Below are positions 11,397-20,691 of a DNA stretch of 64,000 bases, in pieces (within the stretch, counting starts at the first letter, position 1; each line of letters opens with the position of its first letter). The translations under genes and the position numbers were made by a program. Origin of the DNA: Prevotella sp. UBA3675. GTDB taxonomy: Bacteria; Bacteroidota; Bacteroidia; Bacteroidales; Bacteroidaceae. Under the pieces are notes generated by a model that saw only the letters and a program-made list of their open reading frames with translations, searched no databases and was not told the origin of the DNA. The stretch is from the NCBI GenBank assembly GCA_002372235.1, contig DFJI01000010.1, positions 13,773 to 77,772 on the forward strand. Reading direction: 5' to 3'.

Positions 11397-12503
11397 TCAC
11401 AATTCAAGCGGTGAATACGGCAAGTTCCATACTCTTGCTACTGCCTCGTAAGTGCATTTGCCATCCACCATGTTCACGCCTCGCGCCAATGAACAGTCAT
11501 CACGGCATGCCTGTTGCCATCCTTTGTCTGCCAGAGCCAAAGCATAGCGTAGCGTAGCATTCGTCAGTGCAATGGTCGATGTGTTAGGCACAGCTCCTGG
11601 AATGTTTGCCACAGCATAATGAACGATACCATCGACCGTATAGACAGGATCACTATGGGTTGTCGGATGTGACGTCTCGAAGCAACCGCCTTGATCGATA
11701 GCCACATCCACAAGCACCGTACCCGGCTCCATCATTTTCAGCATGTCCTTGGTAATCAGTTTCGGTGCAGCATCGCCAGGAATGAGAACAGACCCAATGA
11801 CCACATCTACCGAGGGCAGCTCCTGACGAATGTTATGCTCCGAAGAGTAGAGCGTATGAACATTAGCAGGCATTTCAGCAGCCAGTTGCTTCAATCTTGG
11901 CAGCGACACATCCGTAATCGTGACATTGGCTCCCATGCCTGCTGCAATCCTTGCTGCAGCCTCTCCTACCGTTCCGCCTCCTAATACCAGTACGTTGGCA
12001 GGCTTCACTCCAGGAACTCCAGCCATCAGCTTACCTTTTCCGCCCTTTGTCTTCTGCAAATAGTAAGCCGCATTCTGCGTAGCCATCCTACCAGCCACCT
12101 CGCTCATCGGAATCAACAATGGCAGCGAGTGGTCATCATGCTCCACCGTCTCGTAGGCTATGCACACAGCTCCGCTCTTCATCATGGCATGAGTGAGTTC
12201 CTCCTCACATGCAAAGTGGAAATAGGTAAAGACCACTTGACCTTTTCTGACCAATGGATATTCAGGCTCAATCGGTTCCTTCACCTTCACAATCATGTCA
12301 GCATTGGCATAGACATCTTCTATGGTGGGCAATATCCTTGCACCCACCTTCACATAGTCCCCGTCACCGAATCCACTGCCCTCCCCAGCAGTATGCTGCA
12401 CGAAGACTTCATGTCCGCGTCTTACCAACTCGGCCACCCCTGAAGGGGTCATACCTACTCGATTCTCATTGTTCTTGATTTCCTTGGGGATTCCTACTTT
12501 CAT
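11397..12503 (-). CDS. ald: Alanine dehydrogenase
   Basis: MKVGIPKEIKNNENRV, KVKEP, MSEVAGR, DVAIDQGGCFETS, ANIPGAVP. Confidence 0.96.
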   Translation of the reverse strand: MKVGIPKEIKNNENRVGMTPSGVAELVRRGHEVFVQHTAGEGSGFGDGDYVKVGARILPTIEDVYANADMIVKVKEPIEPEYPLVRKGQVVFTYFHFACEEELTHAMMKSGAVCIAYETVEHDDHSLPLLIPMSEVAGRMATQNAAYYLQKTKGGKGKLMAGVPGVKPANVLVLGGGTVGEAAARIAAGMGANVTITDVSLPRLKQLAAEMPANVHTLYSSEHNIRQELPSVDVVIGSVLIPGDAAPKLITKDMLKMMEPGTVLVDVAIDQGGCFETSHPTTHSDPVYTVDGIVHYAVANIPGAVPNTSTIALTNATLRYALALADKGWQQACRDDCSLARGVNMVDGKCTYEAVARVWNLPYSPLEL

Positions 12504-12636
12504 AGCACTAAAGGATTATTTAGTTAAGACATATAAGTTAGGGATTCATGTCGCAAATATACGAAAAGATTTCGAAACCGCAATGGATTCAGAGCGTTTT
12601 TATGAGAATCTGCTCATGAAAAAATCAATGAAAAAA

Positions 12637-12909
12637 TCAATTTTCTAACGGTGCATTCTTAAGACGTTCTAAAGCTCGACAAAGCTGATCAGGACATGAT
12701 GTGTTTTTCGAGCCACAGCGAACGCCATCAATCTTCTTAATCACATCGTCAATCTTTTGTCCGCGCACCAACTGACTGATTCCCTGTAGATTACCATTAC
12801 AGCCGCCTAAGAAGAACACTTGCTGAATCACATCATTCTCATCAGCCGTCACGTCTATCAGTTTAGAGCACGTCCCCGTTGTCTCGTATTGTATGTGTTT
12901 TGTTGCCAT
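12637..12909 (-). CDS. TIGR03905 family TSCPD domain protein
   Basis: GTCS, GGCNGNL, CGSKNTSCPDQL motifs. Confidence 0.9.
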   Translation of the reverse strand: MATKHIQYETTGTCSKLIDVTADENDVIQQVFFLGGCNGNLQGISQLVRGQKIDDVIKKIDGVRCGSKNTSCPDQLCRALERLKNAPLEN

Positions 12910-12991
12910 ATCTGCATTTTTTAGAAAATTGCTCCTGATAAGCGATATTCTTACCAGGAGCCTAAACGATAAATCTATTAAAAAGTATTTT

Positions 12992-13723
12992 CTATTCCTC
13001 CTCGGGCTTCATGTTTGTATAAACAGTCTGCACATCGTCGAAGTCCTCCAGACGTTCCACCATCTTATCGATAGCCTCGCGCTGCTCTGGGGTCACGTCC
13101 TTCAGATCGTTAGGAATACGGGTGAACTCTGCACCAGTCACTTCGAAGCCATTCTCCTCCAAGTGCTTCTGGATTGCGCTGAACGATGACGGATCGCCAT
13201 AGATCGTGATGCTGTTCTCCTCCTCGTCCTCGTCGTATTCGTCTTCCACGCCGTAGTCAATCAGGTCCAGAATCATCTCGTCCATATCCAGTCCGTCCTT
13301 CTTCTTGAAGGTGAACACAGCCTTGTGGTCGAACAGGAACGACAGAGAGCCCTGTGTGCCGAGGTTGCCGCTGAACTTGTTGAACACTGAGCGGACATCA
13401 CCCACCGTACGTGTAGTGTTGTCGGTCAACGTCTCAACGAAGATGGCCACTCCGTGAGGTCCATATCCCTCATAGGTCACTTCCTTATAGTCGCTCTGGT
13501 CCTTACCCATAGCGTTCTTGATGGCACGCTCGATGTTATCCTTCGGCATGTTCTCGCGCTTAGCATTGGCAATGCAGGCGCGCAGTGCAGGATTATTCTC
13601 CGGCTCCGGGCCGCCAGCCTTCACGGCAATGGCTATCTGCTTGCCAATCTTTGTGAACGTCTTGGCCATGTGGCCCCATCTCTTCAGCTTTGTAGCTTTA
13701 CGATATTCAAATGCTCTTCCCAT
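12992..13723 (-). CDS. yebC: YebC/PmpR family protein
   Basis: MGRAFEYRK, NMPKDNIERAIK, YEGYGPHG, TDN..RT, DDVQTVYTN. Confidence 0.95.
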   Translation of the reverse strand: MGRAFEYRKATKLKRWGHMAKTFTKIGKQIAIAVKAGGPEPENNPALRACIANAKRENMPKDNIERAIKNAMGKDQSDYKEVTYEGYGPHGVAIFVETLTDNTTRTVGDVRSVFNKFSGNLGTQGSLSFLFDHKAVFTFKKKDGLDMDEMILDLIDYGVEDEYDEDEEENSITIYGDPSSFSAIQKHLEENGFEVTGAEFTRIPNDLKDVTPEQREAIDKMVERLEDFDDVQTVYTNMKPEEE

Positions 13724-13772
13724 TGGTTTATTTACTATTTTTCGTTATTACATTATATCTGAATTACGTCAT

Positions 13773-16238
13773 TTATCTGAGTTCTGCCCCCAGTTGCTTC
13801 TTCAGCTGAGTGATGAGCTTCTGCATCACGGCATCAATCTGCTTGTCATTCATCGTTTTCTCCGTGTCCTGCAAGATAAAGTTGACGGCATAGCTCTTCT
13901 TGCCGGCAGGCAGTTTGTCGCCCTCATACACATCAAACAGTTCCACGTTCTTCAGCAGTTTTTTCTCAGCCTGACGGGCAATTTGCTCAATCTGCGCAAA
14001 CTCCACGCTCTTATCTACCAGCAGAGCCAGGTCACGGCTCACTGCAGGGTGCTTCGACACTTCGGTATAGAGCACCTCATTCTTGCGAGTAGCCTTCATC
14101 AGCTGCCTCCAGTTCAGCTCAGCGAAATACACAGGCTGTTGCAAATCAAACTGCTTCAGGAGCTTCTTTGAAAGCACGCCCATCTCAATGAGCTTCTTGC
14201 CGCCGCGATTCTCCATCACGAGTGCAGCCGAGAAGTCGGGATTGTCGCTTTTCTTCGTGACCAGCATGCCCGACTTCATACCGATGCGCTGCAGTATGTT
14301 CTGCACATAAGCCGACAGCTCATAATAGGTGCTGTCCTCGTCGGGATGTGCCCATGAGCCTTCCACGCGCTTGCCCGTCACCCAGATTCCCATGTAGTTT
14401 TCTTCCTTATAAGCCTGCATGGGATTGTCCTCGTTGGCCTTTTCAGGATCGAAGAAATAGCAGTTGCCAAATTCAAAGAACCGCAGGTTCTGCGCCTTGC
14501 GCTTCACGTTGTGCTCAATGCTCTCCAAGCCTCCGTAGAGCAGTGTCTGACGCATCACGCCCAGATCGCTCGACAGCGGATTTACGATCTTCACTACCGT
14601 AGCATCCTCCGGATAATAGACAGTCTTCGTGAGCGAGTTGTTCAGAATCTCGTTGAATCCTGCACCCACGAGCTGTTCCGACACCACGTTCTGCAATTTA
14701 TGCTTGCGGTCTTCTTCGCCTTTAATGACGAGCGAGGACTTCAGCTGCGTAGGAATCTCCACATTATTATATCCATAGATGCGCAGAATGTCTTCCACCA
14801 CATCGCAAGGACGGGTCACGTCAACGCGATAGGCTGGCACATCAATCAGAATGCCATCGGCCCCTTCAGAGAGCACCTTCATTTCAAGCGACTCGCAGAT
14901 ACTCTTCACTGTGTCGGCAGGAATTTCCTTGCCTACCAGTTTGTTCACGTAGTCATATTGCAACGACACGTGCACATCCTTTATCGGCTCGGGATACACG
15001 TCGCAGATGTCCATTGCTATCTTACCGCCCGCCAGTTCCTTGCACAGCAGGGCTGCCTGCTGCAGCGCATAGATCACGCCATTGGGATCGATGCCACGCT
15101 CAAAGCGGAACGAAGCGTCGGTTGACAGGCCGTGCCGGCGAGCCGACTTACGAATCCATGTGGGATGGAAATAGGCAGACTCCAGCACCACATTTCGCGT
15201 AGTCTCATAGGTGCCGCTACCCTTGCCGCCGAACACGCCAGCGATACACATGGGCTCCTCGGCATTGCAGATAGCCAGATCGCGGTCGCTCAGCTTGTGC
15301 TCCACACCGTCGAGGGTCACGAATGGCGTTCCCTCAGGCATGGTCTTCACCACAATCTTATGGCCTTTCACCATATCGGCATCGAAACAATGCAAGGGCT
15401 GTCCGTAAGCCATCATCACATAGTTCGTGATGTCCACAATATTATTAATGGGGCGCAGACCGATAGTGGTCAGCTTGTTTTTCAACCATTCAGGCGACTC
15501 CTTCACCTCGCACCCCGTGATGCTCACGCAGGCATAGCGCTTGCACGCCTCGGTATTTTCTATTTCCACCGTGACGGGGAGGTCGTGGTTGTCGGCGGTA
15601 AAATCGCCTACTAATGGACGGTGCATTTTTCCGCTGTAGCTGAGGGTGCCTTCAGCATTGCGCTGTACGAGCCAGGCATGCAGGTCGCGCGCTACGCCCC
15701 AGTGCGACAGTCCGTCGGCACGGTTGGCCGTGATATCGACCTCAATCAGCCAGTCGCTTTCCAGATGGTAGTACTCAGCAGCCGGAGTGCCTACAACGGC
15801 ATCCTCGGGCAGCACTATAATACCCTCGTGCGAAGTTCCCACACCAATCTCGTCTTCTGCGCAAATCATGCCGTTCGACTCAACGCCGCGCAGTTTCGAT
15901 TTCTTAATCACAAATTCCTGATTGCCATCATAGAGCACGCAGCCCAAGTCAGCCACGATTACCTTCTGTCCGGCAGCCACATTGGGGGCGCCGCAAACAA
16001 TCTGCGACGGTTCACCTTTACCTAAGTCAACTGTAGTCACATGCAGGTGATCGCTGTTCGGATGGGGCTCGCAAGTGAGCACTTTACCCACATACAGGCC
16101 CTTCAAGCCACCGCGAATGGTCTGCACTTCTTCCAGAGCATCGACTTCAAGTCCCGTCGAAGTGAGCGCATCGCACACCTGCTGGGGCGTAAGGTCGAAG
16201 TCAACATACTCCTTCAGCCATTTATAAGAAATATTCAT
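13773..16238 (-). CDS. pheT: Phenylalanine--tRNA ligase beta subunit
   Basis: MNISYKWLKEY, IVCGAPN, TANRAD, RFERG, C-terminal anticodon-binding domain RDLALLV...GAELR. Confidence 0.98.
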   Translation of the reverse strand: MNISYKWLKEYVDFDLTPQQVCDALTSTGLEVDALEEVQTIRGGLKGLYVGKVLTCEPHPNSDHLHVTTVDLGKGEPSQIVCGAPNVAAGQKVIVADLGCVLYDGNQEFVIKKSKLRGVESNGMICAEDEIGVGTSHEGIIVLPEDAVVGTPAAEYYHLESDWLIEVDITANRADGLSHWGVARDLHAWLVQRNAEGTLSYSGKMHRPLVGDFTADNHDLPVTVEIENTEACKRYACVSITGCEVKESPEWLKNKLTTIGLRPINNIVDITNYVMMAYGQPLHCFDADMVKGHKIVVKTMPEGTPFVTLDGVEHKLSDRDLAICNAEEPMCIAGVFGGKGSGTYETTRNVVLESAYFHPTWIRKSARRHGLSTDASFRFERGIDPNGVIYALQQAALLCKELAGGKIAMDICDVYPEPIKDVHVSLQYDYVNKLVGKEIPADTVKSICESLEMKVLSEGADGILIDVPAYRVDVTRPCDVVEDILRIYGYNNVEIPTQLKSSLVIKGEEDRKHKLQNVVSEQLVGAGFNEILNNSLTKTVYYPEDATVVKIVNPLSSDLGVMRQTLLYGGLESIEHNVKRKAQNLRFFEFGNCYFFDPEKANEDNPMQAYKEENYMGIWVTGKRVEGSWAHPDEDSTYYELSAYVQNILQRIGMKSGMLVTKKSDNPDFSAALVMENRGGKKLIEMGVLSKKLLKQFDLQQPVYFAELNWRQLMKATRKNEVLYTEVSKHPAVSRDLALLVDKSVEFAQIEQIARQAEKKLLKNVELFDVYEGDKLPAGKKSYAVNFILQDTEKTMNDKQIDAVMQKLITQLKKQLGAELR

Positions 16239-16377
16239 TCCTAAATAACAATTTAAAATTCGAATTTGGCCGCAAAATTACAAAAAAATCACGAAACTCA
16301 TGCAAGAATTTCGTGATTTTACACTTTATCTTCCAGAGAAACATAGAGAAATATACGAGGCACGTATATGCCACGCA

Positions 16378-16476
16378 TCACCCCATCACCACATCGAGGA
16401 CCATCATGAGCACAAAGCCGATGGCGAAACCGATGGTGCTGAGATTGAGCAGAAGACCTAAAGCGATTGTTTCCAT
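16378..16476 (-). pseudogene. Internally deleted ZIP (GufA/ZupT)-family metal transporter remnant, 32 codons
   Basis: Manual translation METIALGLLL-NLSTIGFAIGFVLMMVLDVVMG*. The tail matches the typical ZIP C-terminal helix (GFxxGFxxMMxLDVxxG), and the start resembles a ZIP N-terminus. Family call is from memory. Confidence 0.65.
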
Positions 16477-16487
16477 GCGTGAGAACG

Positions 16488-17432
16488 TCAAACGCTCTTA
16501 TTGAACTTCTCCTTCGGTTGCTTGCAACGCGGACAACGCCAGTCATCAGGAAGGTCCTCGAAAGCCACACCGTCGTGCTCGGCTGGGTCATAGACATAGC
16601 CACAGACAGAGCACACATACTTGCCGGAAGACTTCTGCTTGGCGAAATCGACCTCGGCGAAGACCGTAGGCACGGGATTGTCCAGGTCCATCACTCGCTT
16701 AGCCTCCAGGTTCTCATAGCCCTGCGGGGTGTGAGTGCCACAATACACGGTGGGATGATTGCGGACGAACTCGCGGATGCGATCCTGTGTCTCGCGAGCG
16801 GCAGCCACGTCGTCGAATACCACCGACAGCTTATCCTCATAGAGTGCTTCATCAACATAGGTGATGTCGCCGTGAATCATGTAGAACAGGCCATCCATCT
16901 CAACCACGATGATGCTGTTGCCCTTAGTGTGGCCCTTGGCCTTGATGAGATAGATGCCGTCCTGAATCTTCTGACTCTCAGGGAAGTTGTAGTAAGCGCC
17001 ATCGGTGAAGCTGACAGGCACGAGATTGGTGAGTCCCTGCAGTTCGGCAGCATCCATCTCCTCCTTGTTCACATAGACCTTGGCATTGGGAAAACTCTTC
17101 AACTCGCCACTATGGTCAGCATGGCGATGGGTGAGCAGAATCTTCGTCACCTGCTCAGGCTTGTAGCCCAGCGCATTGAAAGCCTCCATGTAGGTGCAGA
17201 TGTCCTTACCCGTGAAGGCCAGCGAGTTCTCGTCGGGTGCCTCTTCAGGAGTGCCTGCCGGAATGCCGGTATCTACCAGTATGACCTCACTGCCCGTGTC
17301 AATCAGATAGTTCTGCAGACTGCCGCGATAGCGGATGTTCTTGTCAAACTTCTCCATTCCCTCCTCACCGCCAAAGGCGAAGGGCTGGGAATAGAACCCG
17401 TCACGTCTGAATTTTACTGCTTTGATTTCCAT
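16488..17432 (-). CDS. MBL-fold metallo-hydrolase with C-terminal rubredoxin domain
   Basis: LVDTG, THRHADH, GHTKG, GDITY, GTH, then [12 protein letters not shown]...[10 protein letters not shown]. Confidence 0.9.
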   Translation of the reverse strand: MEIKAVKFRRDGFYSQPFAFGGEEGMEKFDKNIRYRGSLQNYLIDTGSEVILVDTGIPAGTPEEAPDENSLAFTGKDICTYMEAFNALGYKPEQVTKILLTHRHADHSGELKSFPNAKVYVNKEEMDAAELQGLTNLVPVSFTDGAYYNFPESQKIQDGIYLIKAKGHTKGNSIIVVEMDGLFYMIHGDITYVDEALYEDKLSVVFDDVAAARETQDRIREFVRNHPTVYCGTHTPQGYENLEAKRVMDLDNPVPTVFAEVDFAKQKSSGKYVCSVCGYVYDPAEHDGVAFEDLPDDWRCPRCKQPKEKFNKSV

Positions 17433-17443
17433 AATCCTATTCT

Positions 17444-17620
17444 TTATTTATTGGCAGGTTCCCACTTGCAGCGCACGGGCGACACGATGGCACCCTCTTT
17501 CTTCAGTTCAGCAAATGCCTTATCAACTTCCTTGCGGTCTGCACCCAGTGCTTTTGTCACGTCGCCTGCTGAGACGGGCTTACCAGCCTCACGCATAGCC
17601 TGTAATACTTGTTCTTTCAT
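17444..17620 (-). CDS. Small winged-helix protein (58 aa, MarR-like annotation family)
   Basis: Manual translation [58 protein letters not shown]. Below the ORF-track cutoff; TATCTTTG promoter element at 17692-17699 (minus). Confidence 0.85.
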   Translation of the reverse strand: MKEQVLQAMREAGKPVSAGDVTKALGADRKEVDKAFAELKKEGAIVSPVRCKWEPANK

Positions 17621-17918
17621 GATTTTTTCCTATTTATAATAAATAATAATGTGTAGTTGTTCTTGATTGTTTCGTTTCCTAATTCCGTTGGCAAAGATAC
17701 AGAATTTTTGCGGAACGCCAAATATAAAACGACAGTTATTGATTGCTGTAGAAGAAGATTTTTCAGTTTTTTCCGTAGCGCATTGGCATTACTGTCATCG
17801 CTGCTGCACGAAGTTGTCAGCATAAGCCCCATCGTCATAAGATAATGCGAGCTCGATGAATACAGTTTGGTGTCAGTTTGAAGGTACTTGGTCATAGATG
17901 ATAAGCATCATCATGAAA

Positions 17919-17972
17919 AATTATAGCTATTATTTTGGGAATTATAGCTATAATTCTCTCAATTATAGCTAA
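17919..17972. repeat. Three 21-bp-period copies of AATTATAGCTA (middle copy is the perfect palindrome AATTATAGCTATAATT)
   Basis: Copies start at 17919, 17940 and 17961. Confidence 0.8.
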
Positions 17973-18220
17973 AATTTTATTTCATGTGCCGTAGATGACA
18001 AAGGAACTGATGGCATATCAGGTCTTCATCTTTGCCTTTTCTGGAATTCGTCGAACTCATGTTAAAGAATGTACTAAATTCATGTGATTTTAGCAGAAAA
18101 TCATTTATTATGGAAGGAAATTGTGTTTTTTGACCATACTTGCGACTTTTTCTCGTTTTTTTTCCGTAAGTTTGCAGCCGATTAATCATTGTTGTTAAAC
18201 GAGCGCTATATTAAATCACA

Positions 18221-18433
18221 ATGTACGCACACCTATTATTATTCGGTCTTGGACTGAACGAAATCATCATCATTGCCCTGGTGGTGCTACTGCTTTTTGG
18301 CGGCAAGAAGATTCCTGAACTGATGAACGGCCTGGGCAAAGGCGTGAAGAGCTTCAAGGATGGAGTGAACGGACTGGAACAGCAAGAGGAGACCAAGGAG
18401 CCTGCCGAACAGCGTGCGAAGAAGGAAGCATGA
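18221..18433 (+). CDS. tatA: Twin-arginine translocase subunit TatA
   Basis: [38 protein letters not shown]. Confidence 0.93.
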   Translation: MYAHLLLFGLGLNEIIIIALVVLLLFGGKKIPELMNGLGKGVKSFKDGVNGLEQQEETKEPAEQRAKKEA

Positions 18434-19173
18434 GCGAACAGGCCACTTTCTGGGAACACTTAGACGAGCTGCGCAGTGTAATCATCCGCTCGCTGCTGGT
18501 GGTCGTAGCGGCAGCCATTGCAGCCTTCCTGCTGAAAGATTGGCTGTTCGGCGTGGTGCTGGCCCCCAGGTCGAGCCAGTTTGTGAGCTATCGGCTGCTG
18601 GGCATTGACGACAGCTTTCAGCTGAGCCTGATGAACACAGGACTCACCGAACAGTTCATGACCCACATGCGAGTGTCTATCTATGCCGGACTGCTGCTGG
18701 CTTCACCATACGTGCTCTATCAGCTATTCGGCTTCATAGCCCCCGGGCTCTACAAGAACGAACGACAGGCTGCCACCTGGATTGCAGTATCGGCCTACGC
18801 CATGTTCCTGCTGGGCACGCTGGTCAACTATCTGCTCATATTCCCCCTCACAATACGCTTTCTCGGCACCTATCAGGTGAGTCCTGACGTAGCCAACATG
18901 CTGACGCTTCAGAGCTACATCGACACGTTCATCGGAATGAGCTTTGTGATGGGAGTGGTGTTCGAGTTGCCTGTGGTGTGTGCCATCCTCGGCAAGATGG
19001 GCCTCATCAACGGGCGCATGATGGCACAATACAGACGGCATGCCGTTGTGGCCATCCTCGTTGTCTCGGCCATCATCACCCCAACCACCGATGCGTTCAC
19101 GCTACTCGTGGTTGCATTGCCGATATGGCTGCTCTACGAGGTGAGTATTTGGATTGTAAGAATCAAGAATTAA
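18430..19173 (+). CDS. tatC: Twin-arginine translocase subunit TatC
   Basis: [42 protein letters not shown] overlap with tatA. Confidence 0.96.
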   Translation: MSEQATFWEHLDELRSVIIRSLLVVVAAAIAAFLLKDWLFGVVLAPRSSQFVSYRLLGIDDSFQLSLMNTGLTEQFMTHMRVSIYAGLLLASPYVLYQLFGFIAPGLYKNERQAATWIAVSAYAMFLLGTLVNYLLIFPLTIRFLGTYQVSPDVANMLTLQSYIDTFIGMSFVMGVVFELPVVCAILGKMGLINGRMMAQYRRHAVVAILVVSAIITPTTDAFTLLVVALPIWLLYEVSIWIVRIKN

Positions 19174-19176
19174 AAT

Positions 19177-20676
19177 ATGCTAAGGAAAATAAGAATCTCG
19201 CTGGCAGCTGTATTCCTTACAGGACTCTCGCTGCTGTTTCTCGACTTCACGGGTACTGCCCGCCACTGGCTCTCGTGGATGGCTAAAGTTCAGGCACTCG
19301 AAGCCGTGCTGGCCCTCAACGTGGTGGTCATCGCGGTGCTCGCAGTGCTCACGCTGGTGTTCGGACGCATCTATTGCTCCGTCATCTGCCCTTTGGGCGT
19401 GATGCAGGACGTATTCGGCTGGATGGGCAAGAAAGCCAAGAAGAACCGCTACACCTACTCAGCTGAGAAGAAGTGGCTGCGCTACCCTGTGCTGGCCATC
19501 TTCATCATCGCGCTGTTGTCTGGCATCGGCTCTATCGTTCAGTTGCTGGCTCCTTACAGTGCCTTTGGCCGCATCATGACCATGATGTTCCAACCGCTGT
19601 GGAAGATGGGCAACAATCTGCTGGCTTCGATTGCCGAACACTACGAGAGCTATGCTTTCTATTCGGTTGATGTGTGGATGAAGTCACTGCCCGTACTCGT
19701 CATTGCAGCGGTCACCCTTGCAGTGCTCGCAGTGCTGGCTTGGCGCAACGGGCGCACTTACTGCAACACCGTCTGTCCTGTAGGCACGGTTCTCAGCTTC
19801 CTGTCACGCTTCTCTTTCCTCAAGATCAGTTTCGACACTGACAAGTGCCGTAACTGCTCGCTCTGCTCGAAGAGCTGCAAAGCCGCATGTATAGACTATA
19901 AGAACCACAAAGTGGATTACTCGCGCTGCGTGGTTTGCGGCGACTGTATAGATAGTTGCAAGTTTGGAGCGCTAAGATATGACAATATCCATTTGCCTAA
20001 AAAGCTAAATGCGTTTAAGGAAGACGTAAACAAATCTAAGAAGGACGTAAATGCAAGTAAGCGTTCGTTCCTGCTCTCCTCTGCCTTACTGGCAACGGCT
20101 GCGCTGGCTCAGGAAGCAAAGAAAGTGGATGGCGGAATGGCGGTCATACAGCCCAAACAGTCGCCTGAGCGACAGACACCGCTCACGCCTCCGGGCTCAC
20201 TTTCGGCACGCAACTTCCAGCAGCATTGCACTGGCTGTCAGCTCTGTGTGAGCGAGTGTCCCAACGACGTGCTCCGTCCCTCTACCGACCTGATGCACCT
20301 CATGCAGCCCGTGATGAGCTATGAGCGGGGGCACTGCCGCCCTGAGTGCACACGCTGTTCTGAGGTGTGTCCGGCAGGCGCCATCAGGCCTATTGACCGA
20401 GAGGAGAAATCGAGCATACAGATAGGACATGCCCAGTGGGTGAAGGATCTCTGCATCCCTATCAAGGATGGTGTGGAGTGTGGCAACTGCGCCCGCCACT
20501 GCCCGGTAGGAGCCATTGAGATGGTGGCGCTCAACGAGGACGACGAGGAGTCGCCTTGGGTACCGGCAGTCAACGAGAATGCCTGCATCGGCTGTGGTGC
20601 CTGCGAGTATGTTTGTCCTGCCCGTCCCTACTCTGCTATCGTGGTTGAAGGACATGAAGTACATAAAAAGATTTGA
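19177..20676 (+). CDS. Membrane polyferredoxin (NapH/YccM-like membrane part plus NapG/MauM-like multi-4Fe-4S part)
   Basis: TM helices with GRIYCSVICP and RTYCNTVCP, multiple CxxCxxCxxxC(P) motifs, PPGS motif, internal SKRSFL Tat-like motif. Confidence 0.88.
   Translation: MLRKIRISLAAVFLTGLSLLFLDFTGTARHWLSWMAKVQALEAVLALNVVVIAVLAVLTLVFGRIYCSVICPLGVMQDVFGWMGKKAKKNRYTYSAEKKWLRYPVLAIFIIALLSGIGSIVQLLAPYSAFGRIMTMMFQPLWKMGNNLLASIAEHYESYAFYSVDVWMKSLPVLVIAAVTLAVLAVLAWRNGRTYCNTVCPVGTVLSFLSRFSFLKISFDTDKCRNCSLCSKSCKAACIDYKNHKVDYSRCVVCGDCIDSCKFGALRYDNIHLPKKLNAFKEDVNKSKKDVNASKRSFLLSSALLATAALAQEAKKVDGGMAVIQPKQSPERQTPLTPPGSLSARNFQQHCTGCQLCVSECPNDVLRPSTDLMHLMQPVMSYERGHCRPECTRCSEVCPAGAIRPIDREEKSSIQIGHAQWVKDLCIPIKDGVECGNCARHCPVGAIEMVALNEDDEESPWVPAVNENACIGCGACEYVCPARPYSAIVVEGHEVHKKI
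20004..20061. repeat. In-frame 21-bp-period repeat (about 3 units) inside the polyferredoxin gene
   Basis: Units GCTAAATGCGTTTAAGGAAGA / CGTAAACAAATCTAAGAAGGA / CGTAAATGCAAGTAAG resemble the intergenic repeats at 40321 and 63131. Confidence 0.6.
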
Positions 20677-20691
20677 ATGTTATTGAGCGCT

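Noticed and set aside
17634-17650. Fur/PerR-like box upstream of the wHTH gene
   Set aside because: Only one half-site matches, within very AT-rich sequence.
17617-17895. 92-aa ORF containing lipoprotein-like MLTTSCSSDD
   Set aside because: No proper signal n-region, and it runs through the wHTH promoter. It may be a gene scrap but cannot be supported as a CDS.
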